Source of the DNA: Nitrosopumilus sp.
GTDB taxonomy: Archaea; Thermoproteota; Nitrososphaeria; Nitrososphaerales; Nitrosopumilaceae
NCBI GenBank assembly: GCA_965214775.1
Contig: OZ243974.1
Location: forward strand, 2,656,001 to 2,720,000
Length of the DNA: 64,000 nucleotides
Direction of reading: 5' to 3'
How positions within the stretch are numbered: position 1 is the first letter of the stretch; each line of letters begins with the position of its first letter. Shown here piece after piece: positions 18,434 through 28,213 of the stretch. The notes under the pieces are model-generated. The model was given only the letters and a program-made list of their open reading frames with translations. It made no database searches and was not told the origin of the DNA. A program made the position numbers and the translations under genes.

Positions 18434-19918
18434 AGACTTTATGCGTAATCGACCGTGATTAAAAATTCCGTAGGCTTTTCCAAACGCAAATGCGCTGATC
18501 GGATCAAATTACCGCATGCATCTCGTGTCATGACGCACGTAAAAGCCAGTTGCGCCAAAAGAACGTGCGCAACCATGCAGCACGGCAATGTGCCCCGCTG
18601 ACAAGTCAGAAAGAATGGCGGTCCGTACCGCCGTATGTCATGTGTCTGGCAGCAGATGCAGTTGCTGCAGCAGCTGGCCGTAGTGTTTTTTCCTTTTCAG
18701 CATAGTCTTGAGGTTCTCAAGACCCGTGATTATCTGCATGAAATAATTGAGATCCTTGGCAGTTCCGCCAAACGGCATGGTAAGAATGCCATATCTTTTG
18801 AGCCGTCCTATGTGGTGCTCCACTCTGACGCGGACCCTGCTTATCTGCTTGCGGCGCCTCTTTTGCGTTGCAGTAAGATCCCCGTCCCTGGGCTTCTTTG
18901 GGGGCTGCCTGTGTATGGCGCCCGGAAGCATCTTTTGAATGCCCTCAAATCCCAGGTCGCTGTAAATCACAAACGCCTCTTCCGGATCGTCTGCGTTTTT
19001 TGCATTCCTCATTGATCCGGTGTGCCTTCCAAAGTCCGGGCCGCCCCCTGCGTTCATCACGCCCTTGTCGTTGACGCTTCCGTCCACAGTCTTGCCGCAG
19101 TGCAGTATGAGGCCGTCCAGGTTCGAGGTAATTATCGTGTTGAACATGTGCCGCTTTTTTCTTCCCGAATATCTGGTCTTTCTTGCGGTCCTGTCCCCGG
19201 GCCTGTCTACCGGAGTCAGGGTGCCGTCAATCAGGAGCGTCTTTTTTGGGATCAGCACCTCCTCCAGCTTGCCTGCCGGGGTCTTGCAGATGATGCTTGT
19301 TAGCTTTTCGGAGGCAGGCAGGATCTGGCGCAGTAACACGGCACCGTACCGGAGGTACCTGGACATTGTGGACTGGTCGACGTCAAACGTTGCGGCCAGA
19401 TGATGCTGCGTTGCCTTGGTCCTTATGCTCATGAGTACTGCAAGCAGCGCGTGCCTGATGTACAGCTTGCACCGGTTTCCGGCATCGCCGCCTCTTACGT
19501 CGTCCTCCCAGAACAGGGGTCTGTCCTCGTCGTCCATGACTTCTTCCGTAAAGCGCTCCAGTATGATCGTAAATGACTCCTTTGTGCATCCCGTGACGTT
19601 GCAAAGGCGCACCGGATCGCCGATTATGCCGTCTGCAATCTCGATTGCGTGCATCCGCAGAGGCGTCCCGCCGCGCACGACTCTTTTTGTCTTGTTTTCT
19701 TCGGACTGCCACAACGAGTCCTCAAACGCAAGCCTGCTCTTCAGATGCTCGTTTTGCTCTACCAAACTCTTGTTTTGCTCTTGCAGTGTTTGGACAAGCT
19801 CGACATCTGAACCCATACCGTTAGAGAGCCATTACTGATCTTTATGGTTGTAGGTATGCAAACCATGATCTGTTGTGTTGTATTTTTAGATCAGATTTTC
19901 CAATTACGCATAAAGTCT
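18434..19918 (-). mobile_element. IS5 family (ISL2-like) element, copy 1
   Basis: Inverted repeat AGACTTTATGCGTAAT; 3-bp duplication AGT. Confidence 0.92.
18638..19816 (-). CDS. IS5/ISL2-like DDE transposase
   Basis: LIDGT, YSGRKKRH, SDLGF and RVRVEHHIGRLK motifs. Confidence 0.9.
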   Translation of the reverse strand: MGSDVELVQTLQEQNKSLVEQNEHLKSRLAFEDSLWQSEENKTKRVVRGGTPLRMHAIEIADGIIGDPVRLCNVTGCTKESFTIILERFTEEVMDDEDRPLFWEDDVRGGDAGNRCKLYIRHALLAVLMSIRTKATQHHLAATFDVDQSTMSRYLRYGAVLLRQILPASEKLTSIICKTPAGKLEEVLIPKKTLLIDGTLTPVDRPGDRTARKTRYSGRKKRHMFNTIITSNLDGLILHCGKTVDGSVNDKGVMNAGGGPDFGRHTGSMRNAKNADDPEEAFVIYSDLGFEGIQKMLPGAIHRQPPKKPRDGDLTATQKRRRKQISRVRVRVEHHIGRLKRYGILTMPFGGTAKDLNYFMQIITGLENLKTMLKRKKHYGQLLQQLHLLPDT

Positions 19919-20441
19919 AGTACCAGTATGACGACGAGGGCATCAGAACGAAGAGGACCACTCTAGTCGAGAACGGGTTTCTCAGGGAGCACATGCAGAG
20001 CAGGGAGACTGCAGGGATTTTTAATTCGACTCCCACAGGAAACATGAGGGCGGCAGGCTACAGATTCATGCCCCTAATCAGAATGGCCTGTACGTGTATT
20101 GCGCCAGGGAAATACAGTCCTGAAGAAATCATCAAGGGGGTCAAGGATGGTTACTATATATCAAACATGAAAATTCCCTCAATTGACATGAAGAGATTCA
20201 ACTGGAGTATTTCTGCACAGTATGCGCAAAAAATCAAAGACGGGGAGCTGACAGACATGAAAAGAGACGTTATTGTTACAGGGGTTGCGCCAGAATTTTT
20301 TGAGTCAATTGACGCATGTGGAAGAGACTTTACTGTCAGGCCGATAACAAACTGTGGGAAAGGAGACCCAATGCAATCAATGATTATGGGAAACGGGGGA
20401 CCGACGATCAGAGGAATTGCAACAGTAAAGAGCGTGAACCG

Positions 20442-21032
20442 ATGAGTAAGTTGGAGAAAATCAGACAGCAGGTAATAGAATGCACAAAGTGCAAGCTTTG
20501 CAAAACTAGGACAAATTCTGTTCCAGGTAAAGGAAGTTTTGAGTCAGATGTGATTTTTGTCGGGGAAGCTCCTGGAAGAAGCGAAGACAGAAGCGGTGAG
20601 CCGTTTGTTGGTGCCGCTGGAAAAAGATTGTCAGATGCATTAGAAGAGATCGGGATTACACGAGACTCTGTGTATATTACAAACGTCGTAAAGTGCAGGC
20701 CGCCCAACAACAGAGTCCCAAACGCCGTTGAGAAGAGTGCCTGCATGGACTATCTGAACCAGGAGATTGCAATAATTGGGCCTAAAATCATCTGTATTTT
20801 AGGAAATACTGCATTTAATTCCATTCTAGGAGGCTCTGAAATTACAAAGCACAGGGGAAAAGTTGCAAGAAAAGGCGATCAGTTGTATTTTATTACAGTG
20901 CATCCGGCAGCGGCAATTTACAATCAAGAGCTGATTCAGGTTCTAAACGGGGATATTGCAAAGCTTTTCCACACCATAACACAGCTAAAAAGCGGGAAAA
21001 AAGTGGATGTAGACATTGAATACTCTTCCTAG
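20442..21032 (+). CDS. udg: uracil-DNA glycosylase family 4
   Basis: CTKCKLC, GEAPG, PFVGAAG, VVKCRPPNNR and HPAA motifs; ATG overlaps the tldD stop. Confidence 0.93.
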   Translation: MSKLEKIRQQVIECTKCKLCKTRTNSVPGKGSFESDVIFVGEAPGRSEDRSGEPFVGAAGKRLSDALEEIGITRDSVYITNVVKCRPPNNRVPNAVEKSACMDYLNQEIAIIGPKIICILGNTAFNSILGGSEITKHRGKVARKGDQLYFITVHPAAAIYNQELIQVLNGDIAKLFHTITQLKSGKKVDVDIEYSS

Positions 21033-21576
21033 GGAATTTTATCTCAGAGATACGGTTACCGTAGCCAAGGAACTGCTTGGAAAGAGAATAGTTAGAAAGG
21101 CAGGAAGAAAAGCAGAGATTTCAGGGATAATTACAGAGACTGAGGCATACAGACACAAAGACGATCCTGCCAGCCATGCCCACAGAGGCATTACTGAGAG
21201 AAACAAGGTGATGTTCGGAGAGGTGGGGATTTCTTATGTCTATTTCACATATGGAATGCATCATTGCTTTAACGTAGTTGCAAAAAACAAGAAAACAAAA
21301 GCAGGAGCTGTTTTAATTCGTGCAATGCATCCTGAAAAGGGAATCAGGGCAATGCAGAAAAACAGAGGGCAAGACAGCATGAAAAATCTGACAAACGGCC
21401 CTGCAAAAATTACACAGGCATTACAGATTACAAAAGATCAGTACGGTTTGGATTTGACAAGTAATTCAGAGTTATACATTACAGAGGGAGTTGGCAAAAA
21501 GAAGATAAGCGCATCGTCTAGAATCGGAATAAAGGAATCCACAGACAAGCTGTGGAATTTTAAGATAAGGGTCTAA
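21016..21576 (+). CDS. mpg: 3-methyladenine DNA glycosylase
   Basis: ETEAY, DPASHA, YVYFTYGMHHC, AVLIRA and NGPAK motifs. Confidence 0.93.
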   Translation: MNTLPREFYLRDTVTVAKELLGKRIVRKAGRKAEISGIITETEAYRHKDDPASHAHRGITERNKVMFGEVGISYVYFTYGMHHCFNVVAKNKKTKAGAVLIRAMHPEKGIRAMQKNRGQDSMKNLTNGPAKITQALQITKDQYGLDLTSNSELYITEGVGKKKISASSRIGIKESTDKLWNFKIRV

Positions 21577-22217
21577 TCATCTTTGTCATCAGGATTGTTT
21601 TCATCCAATGTCCAGGGTGCAAACCTTCCCAAGATTCTCTGCCAATCTAGCCTCAAAAGCAGGACCACAACTGCAGTCATCGATGCGCCAAAGACGGTTA
21701 TTCCGATGTAAATTGGCGTTGCATCATCAATGCTTTCAATAAACGGTTCCACCAGAGACAAACCCAGATAGTGAGAAACAAATACAATGGAATAACTTAG
21801 GACGAATTTTCCAGTCAGTGTTGCTATGAAAAATCTTTTTGGATCATATTTTGCCAATCCTAGCGGGACGTAAACCAGGTCATCGGGAATCGGAGTTGCA
21901 GCCGCAAAAAATGCGGCCCCTGCGCCATATCGTTTTACCAGTCTTTCAAACGGCCTCATTCTCTTTCTTGTCTCTTCTTTGATGATTTTTCGTCCCCCGT
22001 AACTGACAAAGAATATGATTTGTTTTGCAACAGTTGCAGTTATTGCCGATAAAATTGCCAGCACATGCAAGTCAAACTTGTCGCCAACAGACATTGTTGC
22101 AAGCAGCAGGAATCCTGGCAACGGGACAAACGGAACCAGAGAGCCAAAAAAGTTTACAAGTGCCAAACTAAGATAGCCCACTTCCGGGGCAAATGGAAAC
22201 AGGTTTGCAAAATCCAC
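21573..22217 (-). CDS. VTT/DedA-like membrane protein
   Basis: FAAATPIPDD motif and transmembrane segments. Confidence 0.85.
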   Translation of the reverse strand: MDFANLFPFAPEVGYLSLALVNFFGSLVPFVPLPGFLLLATMSVGDKFDLHVLAILSAITATVAKQIIFFVSYGGRKIIKEETRKRMRPFERLVKRYGAGAAFFAAATPIPDDLVYVPLGLAKYDPKRFFIATLTGKFVLSYSIVFVSHYLGLSLVEPFIESIDDATPIYIGITVFGASMTAVVVLLLRLDWQRILGRFAPWTLDENNPDDKDD

Positions 22218-23016
22218 AAGAAAACTATTTTCGGGCTTTATTTAATTAAAAGGGAGCAGTCAAAGCCCGGGCTTTTTTTGAAGATTGTTGTTTGCCTGAA
22301 AATCAGAAGCCAAGCTTGGAGCCCATCCCCCGCTCTGTCAGGCTGGGTTTTTTCACATGTAATGCTATGAAGAACCAATAAAGGCATCGGGATTTTGATT
22401 TGCAAACTTGGCATAATTGTGGTTATCAGTTTGTGGCAAGGGGGCAGCAGGTGCCAGGTTTCTCCAATGACGCCCTAAAACAATGCCAACATGACAAAGC
22501 ATGTGGTGCTTTTTCTTATTTTTTATATCCATAGCATAATACGCCAGATGACATGTGTAGCGGTATCAACAATCAGGTGTAAAAAAGGCAAAAAACATAT
22601 CATGTCTTGATAGTGATAAGACGGCCTCCTTCCTAGGCGGCAATCAGGCACACACTTGCTTGCATTCATGATTTTCATGCCTGTCCGGCCAGAGGGTCGT
22701 GGCTTTAATTTGCCTAGGGGTCATCTGTCGCTGTTGCTACTGCTGTTGTTGCTCTTAATATCGCAAAGATTCAAAAAATTCCAAGAATGCCATCTTTGCA
22801 TCTTCTGTCACCAAGCCGTATTTGCCATCAATCCTTCAAACAATAAAAGGAAGAAGAAAAGAAGGATCACCGTGCTGAGATTCTCTTCGTCTTGCGCAAA
22901 GGCAGTCACTTGCAGCATTTGATCGCATGTCTGGCCATAACCTTTGATCTGTGACTGGTTTTTAGGCATCAAAAATAGACACCATCATTAAAATACAATA
23001 TTTCCATAGTCTAGAC

Positions 23017-23394
23017 ATGACAAATGTCAGTATGGAAGAGATTTGCAACAAGATTTCGACAATTAGCCCCTACATCAGATTCGTAGGAGCAGTTGGGGAG
23101 ACCGGTGACTTGATTGCCTACAGGAGAAGAGCAGACTTGGTTCCATTATTAGATGAAAAAAACACAAAGTATCAGTTCTCCCATATTGCAATAAAGACGG
23201 ACTTGGAGGGATTTTTTGACAAAAACCTTGGAGAAATAGAGTTTGTCTGGGAAGAGCGCAAAAAGGTTCAGACCATTTCATTTGCAATTGGAAAATCAAG
23301 GGTCTGGATTTCAATTGATAAAAGAGTAATCAGATCAGAGATGTTAAGAATTATTGATGCATGTTTGCCAATTGTCAAAGAATATTCTGAATGA
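23017..23394 (+). CDS. roadblock/profilin-like small thaumarchaeal protein
   Basis: IRFVGAV..G.L.A..R..L.PLL and LGEIEF..ERKKV pattern. Confidence 0.7.
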   Translation: MTNVSMEEICNKISTISPYIRFVGAVGETGDLIAYRRRADLVPLLDEKNTKYQFSHIAIKTDLEGFFDKNLGEIEFVWEERKKVQTISFAIGKSRVWISIDKRVIRSEMLRIIDACLPIVKEYSE

Positions 23395-23637
23395 TCTCAA
23401 AGTACCAATCAGATGGAGAATGACACTAATGAGTGGCGGAACTAACTTTCATGTGAGGCACATAAGGTCTAATCTTCATATGAGACAGATGCAAAAGCAA
23501 GATATGCTCGATTCTCCCACATTCGTGGTTCTGGAGCCTGTTTTAATGTATCGTACATTAAATGCAGAGCATGCATGCGATGGCCTATCTGTCCTGTTGT
23601 ATGACAAGGCAAAAAAGCTCTGGAGGGCACGTGTTTT

Positions 23638-25248
23638 TTGATCCGCATACAAAACAAAACCGCATTCCTCCTGCTTGCAGCCATACTGGCACTTTCTGCA
23701 TATGTCCACCTGTGGAACCCGGCGGGATTTCCAAGCTTGTTCTACGACGAAAGCATCTATATCAGAAACGCAGTGCTACTCTTGGATGATGGCATCCTGC
23801 AACCCCACGGATTTTACAACCATCCCTTTTTTGGCTGGATTGTCATGGCCGGATTTCTGGAGGCTACGGGATACAGGGAACTGATAGACACGCTGCCATC
23901 GGCGGATCCATCGTCACTCACGGCGATCTACTCGGTTCCGCGCATCCTCATGGGAATGCTTGCCGTCTTGGACACGTTTCTGATTTACAAGATTGCCGAG
24001 AGAAGGTTCGGATGGAGGACAGGAATGGTCGCATCGGCCCTGTTTGCAGTCATGCCAATGTCGTGGTTTCTCAGGATGGTCCTGCTGGATTCCATACTGC
24101 TTCCGATGGTGCTCTCCTCGATCCTGCTTGCCCTCTGCGCCAGGGACTCAGGCAGGCCCACCATACTGGTGGCCATGTCGGGCGTGTGCCTCGGACTGGC
24201 CATACTTACAAAGATCCCCGCATTTGCGGTGATTCCGCTGGTTCTGTTTCTGGTGTATGGCGTCAGGAAAAAACTAGGACATGTCATCCTGTGGTTTGTA
24301 CCCGTACTTGCGATCCCGATGATCTGGCCTGCCTATGCCATGTCTGTAGGACAACTCGATCACTGGATACGCGGGATCATTTGGCAGACAGGCAGAAGCA
24401 ACGGCGGTCTGCATGCTGCGATGTGGGATGTGTTTCGCAACGATCCGGTCTTGATCTGCATCGGGATGGCCGGCATTGCCCTGGCCGCTGCATGTCTGGT
24501 TTGGCGGCGTGCCTGGAAGGGCGCCGCCGCCGGTAAATCCGGCGCAACGGAAAAAAGCCGCTGCATGTCTGGTTTGGCGGCGTGCCTGGAAGGACGTTCT
24601 GATTCCCTGTTCGTAGTGTTGTGGTTTGCACCGCCCGTTCTGTTCTTTGCGGCAATCGGATACGTGGTGGCCTTCCACATAGGCAACCTGCTTCCAGTGC
24701 TGTGCATCGCCGCTGCCATTCTACTCATGAAGACAGAGAGGGCAGCCAAGAGGCTTACAAGACATGCCACGCAGAACCGCATGATGGCAGGCATCGTGCT
24801 TGTGGTCGTGGGATTTGGCCTCTACACTACTGGTACGGCCATAAACACGAACGCATCGCATGTGCAGTTTGAAATGCTCTCATATGTGCTGGAAAACGTA
24901 GACGACAAGGACGTGACAATCATCGCAAACAACATACATGCGTGGATATTATCATACATCTACGGATACGACAACGCGGTGTCACATTACAGCGCATCTT
25001 ACAAAACGGAGATAGACAAGGTGGTGATTATGATTGACTATGATTTTGCAGCCGACATGGATAACGCAAGAAGGAATCTTGCCATGAATCCTACAGATCC
25101 TGTCGGCGTACAGATGTCAGCAGAGGATCAGCGCAGATGGCAGTGGTTGATCGAACTACACGATGAGACCCATGTGCTGGCCAAGTTCGGGGGATCGGCG
25201 CACAGACCAATCGAGATCAGGACCAACGACGCGAACCTGCAGGGATGA
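23638..25248 (+). CDS. GT-C fold glycosyltransferase (ArnT/PMT family)
   Basis: YDESIY, HPFFG, LLD and LTK motifs with many transmembrane segments; GC-richer than the core. Confidence 0.85.
   Translation: MIRIQNKTAFLLLAAILALSAYVHLWNPAGFPSLFYDESIYIRNAVLLLDDGILQPHGFYNHPFFGWIVMAGFLEATGYRELIDTLPSADPSSLTAIYSVPRILMGMLAVLDTFLIYKIAERRFGWRTGMVASALFAVMPMSWFLRMVLLDSILLPMVLSSILLALCARDSGRPTILVAMSGVCLGLAILTKIPAFAVIPLVLFLVYGVRKKLGHVILWFVPVLAIPMIWPAYAMSVGQLDHWIRGIIWQTGRSNGGLHAAMWDVFRNDPVLICIGMAGIALAAACLVWRRAWKGAAAGKSGATEKSRCMSGLAACLEGRSDSLFVVLWFAPPVLFFAAIGYVVAFHIGNLLPVLCIAAAILLMKTERAAKRLTRHATQNRMMAGIVLVVVGFGLYTTGTAINTNASHVQFEMLSYVLENVDDKDVTIIANNIHAWILSYIYGYDNAVSHYSASYKTEIDKVVIMIDYDFAADMDNARRNLAMNPTDPVGVQMSAEDQRRWQWLIELHDETHVLAKFGGSAHRPIEIRTNDANLQG
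24484..24593. repeat. 37-bp direct repeat pair separated by 36 bp
   Basis: GCCGCTGCATGTCTGGTTTGGCGGCGTGCCTGGAAGG at 24484-24520 and 24557-24593. Confidence 0.9.
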
Positions 25249-25378
25249 TCACCGTAGTTCATGCACAAAAAAAGTACAACGTCAGATCCACCGTAAAACC
25301 ATGCATGGATAGGAAATTTGGGTGGTTGTCTTATTCCTAGAAAGTGGGTGGCATGATGTATACGAACTTTTGAAGTGG

Positions 25379-26329
25379 TCACTCGTACAGCCAGCACCTA
25401 ACATAACCCGTTTCAGTTTTAAACTTGGGCGGAAGCTGCCTGCATTTTTCAGCTGCTTGAGGACATCTGTCTAGGAATCTGCACTGTGTGGGTTTGTCAA
25501 GCAAACTTGGCGGAACTCCTTTGATATACTTTGGCGTGTTTCCACTTAGAGTGGGAATTGACTCTAGCAGTCCCTGGGTGTACGGATGTTTTGGGTCTTT
25601 GTAAATCTCTTCAGATGAGCCAAACTCGACAATTTCTCCGCCATACATTATCCCTACGACATCTGAAATCTCTGAAAGCACTGCCAAATCGTGCGTAATC
25701 AGCATAAAAGACATGCCATCTTTTTTTAGTTTTTTTAGCAGGTTGATTATTTGGGCCTGGATTAGAACGTCTAGAGCTGTTGTTGGCTCATCGGCAATAA
25801 CAAGCCGGGGTTTGAGAAGCAGTGCCATTGCAATGATTACACGTTGCTTCATTCCCCCACTAAGCTCATGAGGATATTTTTTGAGAACTGTGCGGTCCAA
25901 ACTGACTGAATCCATTGCATCGGCAATCACTTGTTTTGAATCACCTGAAAAATTGTGCTGTTTTAGAATCTCTTCGAACTGTTCTTGTATGGTAAAAACC
26001 GGGTCAAGGGAGTTCATTGCTCCCTGAAACACCATGGAGATTTTCTTCCACCTGTACTCAGAATCAAACTTTGACTCGTCCATATCCAGGATCGATTCGC
26101 CGCTACTACTACTGCTACTGCTACCAATTGAGATCATGCCTGCCGCAGTACCGCCTTGAAGCATTCGAATTATTGACAGTCCCAACGTACTCTTGCCACA
26201 TGCACTTTCTCCTGCAATTCCAATTGACTGCCCTAGTTTTAGAGTAAAATCAGCATCATCAACTGCATACACAGGGCCATTGGCAGAGTTGTACCTTACA
26301 GACAATCCTTTGACTGTGAGAAAATCCAT
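25379..26329 (-). CDS. oppD: oligopeptide/dipeptide ABC transporter ATP-binding protein
   Basis: GESACGKST, LSGGMKQR, DEPTTALD and HPYT motifs; C-terminal CRF..RCP. Confidence 0.9.
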   Translation of the reverse strand: MDFLTVKGLSVRYNSANGPVYAVDDADFTLKLGQSIGIAGESACGKSTLGLSIIRMLQGGTAAGMISIGSSSSSSSGESILDMDESKFDSEYRWKKISMVFQGAMNSLDPVFTIQEQFEEILKQHNFSGDSKQVIADAMDSVSLDRTVLKKYPHELSGGMKQRVIIAMALLLKPRLVIADEPTTALDVLIQAQIINLLKKLKKDGMSFMLITHDLAVLSEISDVVGIMYGGEIVEFGSSEEIYKDPKHPYTQGLLESIPTLSGNTPKYIKGVPPSLLDKPTQCRFLDRCPQAAEKCRQLPPKFKTETGYVRCWLYE

Positions 26330-26373
26330 AGTATTCTTGAAAAATACTAGGATTTTTGTTTTGCATTATGGAT

Positions 26374-27644
26374 GGCGTTGTCCGGAATTTTTCCAGAAAT
26401 CTACCGATAAGCTTATAGATCATAAGCGCAGGATGCGATAACCTTATGGATCATAGGATCGACGTCCCCGTATCAATGAAATCAAAGACCAACAAGAAGG
26501 AATCCAAGAAGGAATCCAAGAAGGAATCCAAGAAGGAATCCAGCAAGGCCAGCAAGAAAAAAAAGTCAGAGTACACGAGACCTCCGGAATACTATGCCGA
26601 GTACGAGGAAAAAAGGAGAGAGGACAGCAAGAGGTGCGGCATCGGAATCAAAAAGATCCGCAAGATCCTCCTGTCCCTCCTCCATAACACAGAGCAAGAG
26701 GATGAAATTCCCTATCTTCTGTGCGTACTCGACATGGAGTACCGCGGAAACTCGTATCGCAGGCACGTCGAATACATGGAGTCGAATCCTGGTTCAACTA
26801 ACATGTACGGGCTCAAAAAGGTTCCGGCCAAGTCGACACTGCATGATGCAGCCGTAAGGATAGCTGCCTGGGACAAGTCGGTGCTAAGATCGGTACTCTC
26901 AGAACAGGCAGGCGCAGACGCCAAGGGAACGCTGCTTGGCGACTCTAGCGGTTTCTCCATAATGAGATACCACACATGGGAGGACGCAAAGAAGGGCGTC
27001 ATATCCAGGCAGATGTTTGCCAAGCTGCACATACTGTTGGCCCCGCACGGCAAGATTGCCGCCTGCGAGGTGACGCCGGGCGAATTCCATGATTCCCCGG
27101 TGTTCCGTGACGAGCTGCTGCCGCAGGTTCCCAACGGCACAGGACACGTGATCCTGGATGCCGCATACGACTCGTATGAGAACTGCAGGGTCATAGCCGA
27201 CGGAGGCAGAACCCCAGTGATATGTCCGCGTACAGGATATACGGTTCACGGGTTCAACGCCCGCTCCAAGATGCTAAGATGGCACAAAAAGGACCCCGAG
27301 GGATTCGAGAAGACGTACCACCAGCGCAGCCTCGTTGAGTCGGCCTTCTCGTCGATAAAGGCAAGGTTTGACTCCACGGTGCGCGCCATGTCGCTTCCGA
27401 TGCAGTCGCTCAGGCTTACCCTCAAGGTATTCTGCTACAATCTGGTCAGCTAGGATCCATAATGCCGGTACGGTGGAATCGTCCGGCTAGCGGATGCTAT
27501 GCAGTATGACGTCAAAACACGGGCCATAACTGCACAATGCGGGCCGGAGTGCGGATTCGTCTCTATGTTTGCAGTCATTGCGCCATGATTTTGTACAAAT
27601 CTCCCCGGAAATCACGTCCTAAAATCACGATTCCGGACAACGCC
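26374..27644 (+). mobile_element. IS5 family element, apparently intact
   Basis: Inverted repeat GGCGTTGTCCGGAAT; 9-bp duplication ATTATGGAT. Confidence 0.92.
26446..27453 (+). CDS. IS5 family DDE transposase
   Basis: GDSSGF, KLH, LDAAYD and YHQRSLVESAF motifs; N-terminal 12-bp KKES repeats. Confidence 0.9.
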   Translation: MDHRIDVPVSMKSKTNKKESKKESKKESKKESSKASKKKKSEYTRPPEYYAEYEEKRREDSKRCGIGIKKIRKILLSLLHNTEQEDEIPYLLCVLDMEYRGNSYRRHVEYMESNPGSTNMYGLKKVPAKSTLHDAAVRIAAWDKSVLRSVLSEQAGADAKGTLLGDSSGFSIMRYHTWEDAKKGVISRQMFAKLHILLAPHGKIAACEVTPGEFHDSPVFRDELLPQVPNGTGHVILDAAYDSYENCRVIADGGRTPVICPRTGYTVHGFNARSKMLRWHKKDPEGFEKTYHQRSLVESAFSSIKARFDSTVRAMSLPMQSLRLTLKVFCYNLVS

Positions 27645-27685
27645 ATTATGGATATAAACAACACATTCAAAATACCAAAAGCCGG

Positions 27686-28205
27686 TTTAAGACGAAGCTT
27701 CCAATATGCGGTTTTGATGCAAAAAACAAAGTACTCTGTACCCAATATGAGGACAAGGTCAGCGACGGGACATTAGCACAGGCAGACGTTGATGCATCCG
27801 TAATTCTCGCAAAAATCGCAAACACCACAAATGAGATTGGGGACTTTACACCGTACTCTTGCAAGGAATTTGACGGGAATTTTGTCCTGTATTTGGCCAA
27901 AAACGACATCCTGATGATTCGCCAGAGAAGAACTTTGTACGGACAACTCCAAGGGCAGTTCAAGGGCAAGATATGGCTTGTGGAATCTGATGAGACTGAC
28001 AAGAAATTCATCGAGGATCTGTTTTTCCCAACCAGGATTTTGTCAATCAACTCAGTCTGGGTGCCTAGCAAAGTCCGTAGGACAAAGGCGGTGGTTTCAG
28101 GCAAATGGGCCTTAAAATTTCCAATCGACACTGAAAAAGTAGTCCCCCATTGTCAAAAATGCCCGAAACCTTGACATTGAGATAGAGTTCGAGGATAAGA
28201 AATAG
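27686..28205 (+). pseudogene. archaeal NusA-like KH protein, probable pseudogene
   Basis: KLPICGFDAK..LCTQY N-terminus with no usable start codon; frameshift in the C run near 28145 separates the IVKNARNLDIEIEFEDKK tail. Confidence 0.65.
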
Positions 28206-28213
28206 GGATTGAC

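Larger units (their letters stand above)
17515..20445 (+). pseudogene. tldD: TldD/PmbA family metalloprotease, IS-interrupted
   Basis: HEILGHPSEAD, DDPT and CGKG motifs; removing 18434-19918 and one AGT restores SLGQYQYDDEG in frame. Confidence 0.9.

Noticed and set aside
22675-22722. tRNA-like fragment (CCTGTC..GAGGGTCGTGGCTTTAAT)
   Set aside because: No TTC T-loop, acceptor stem or D-arm could be built.
24484-24593. CRISPR array call for the 37-36-37 bp structure
   Set aside because: Only two repeats, inside an intact CDS, with no leader or cas genes; kept only as a repeat.
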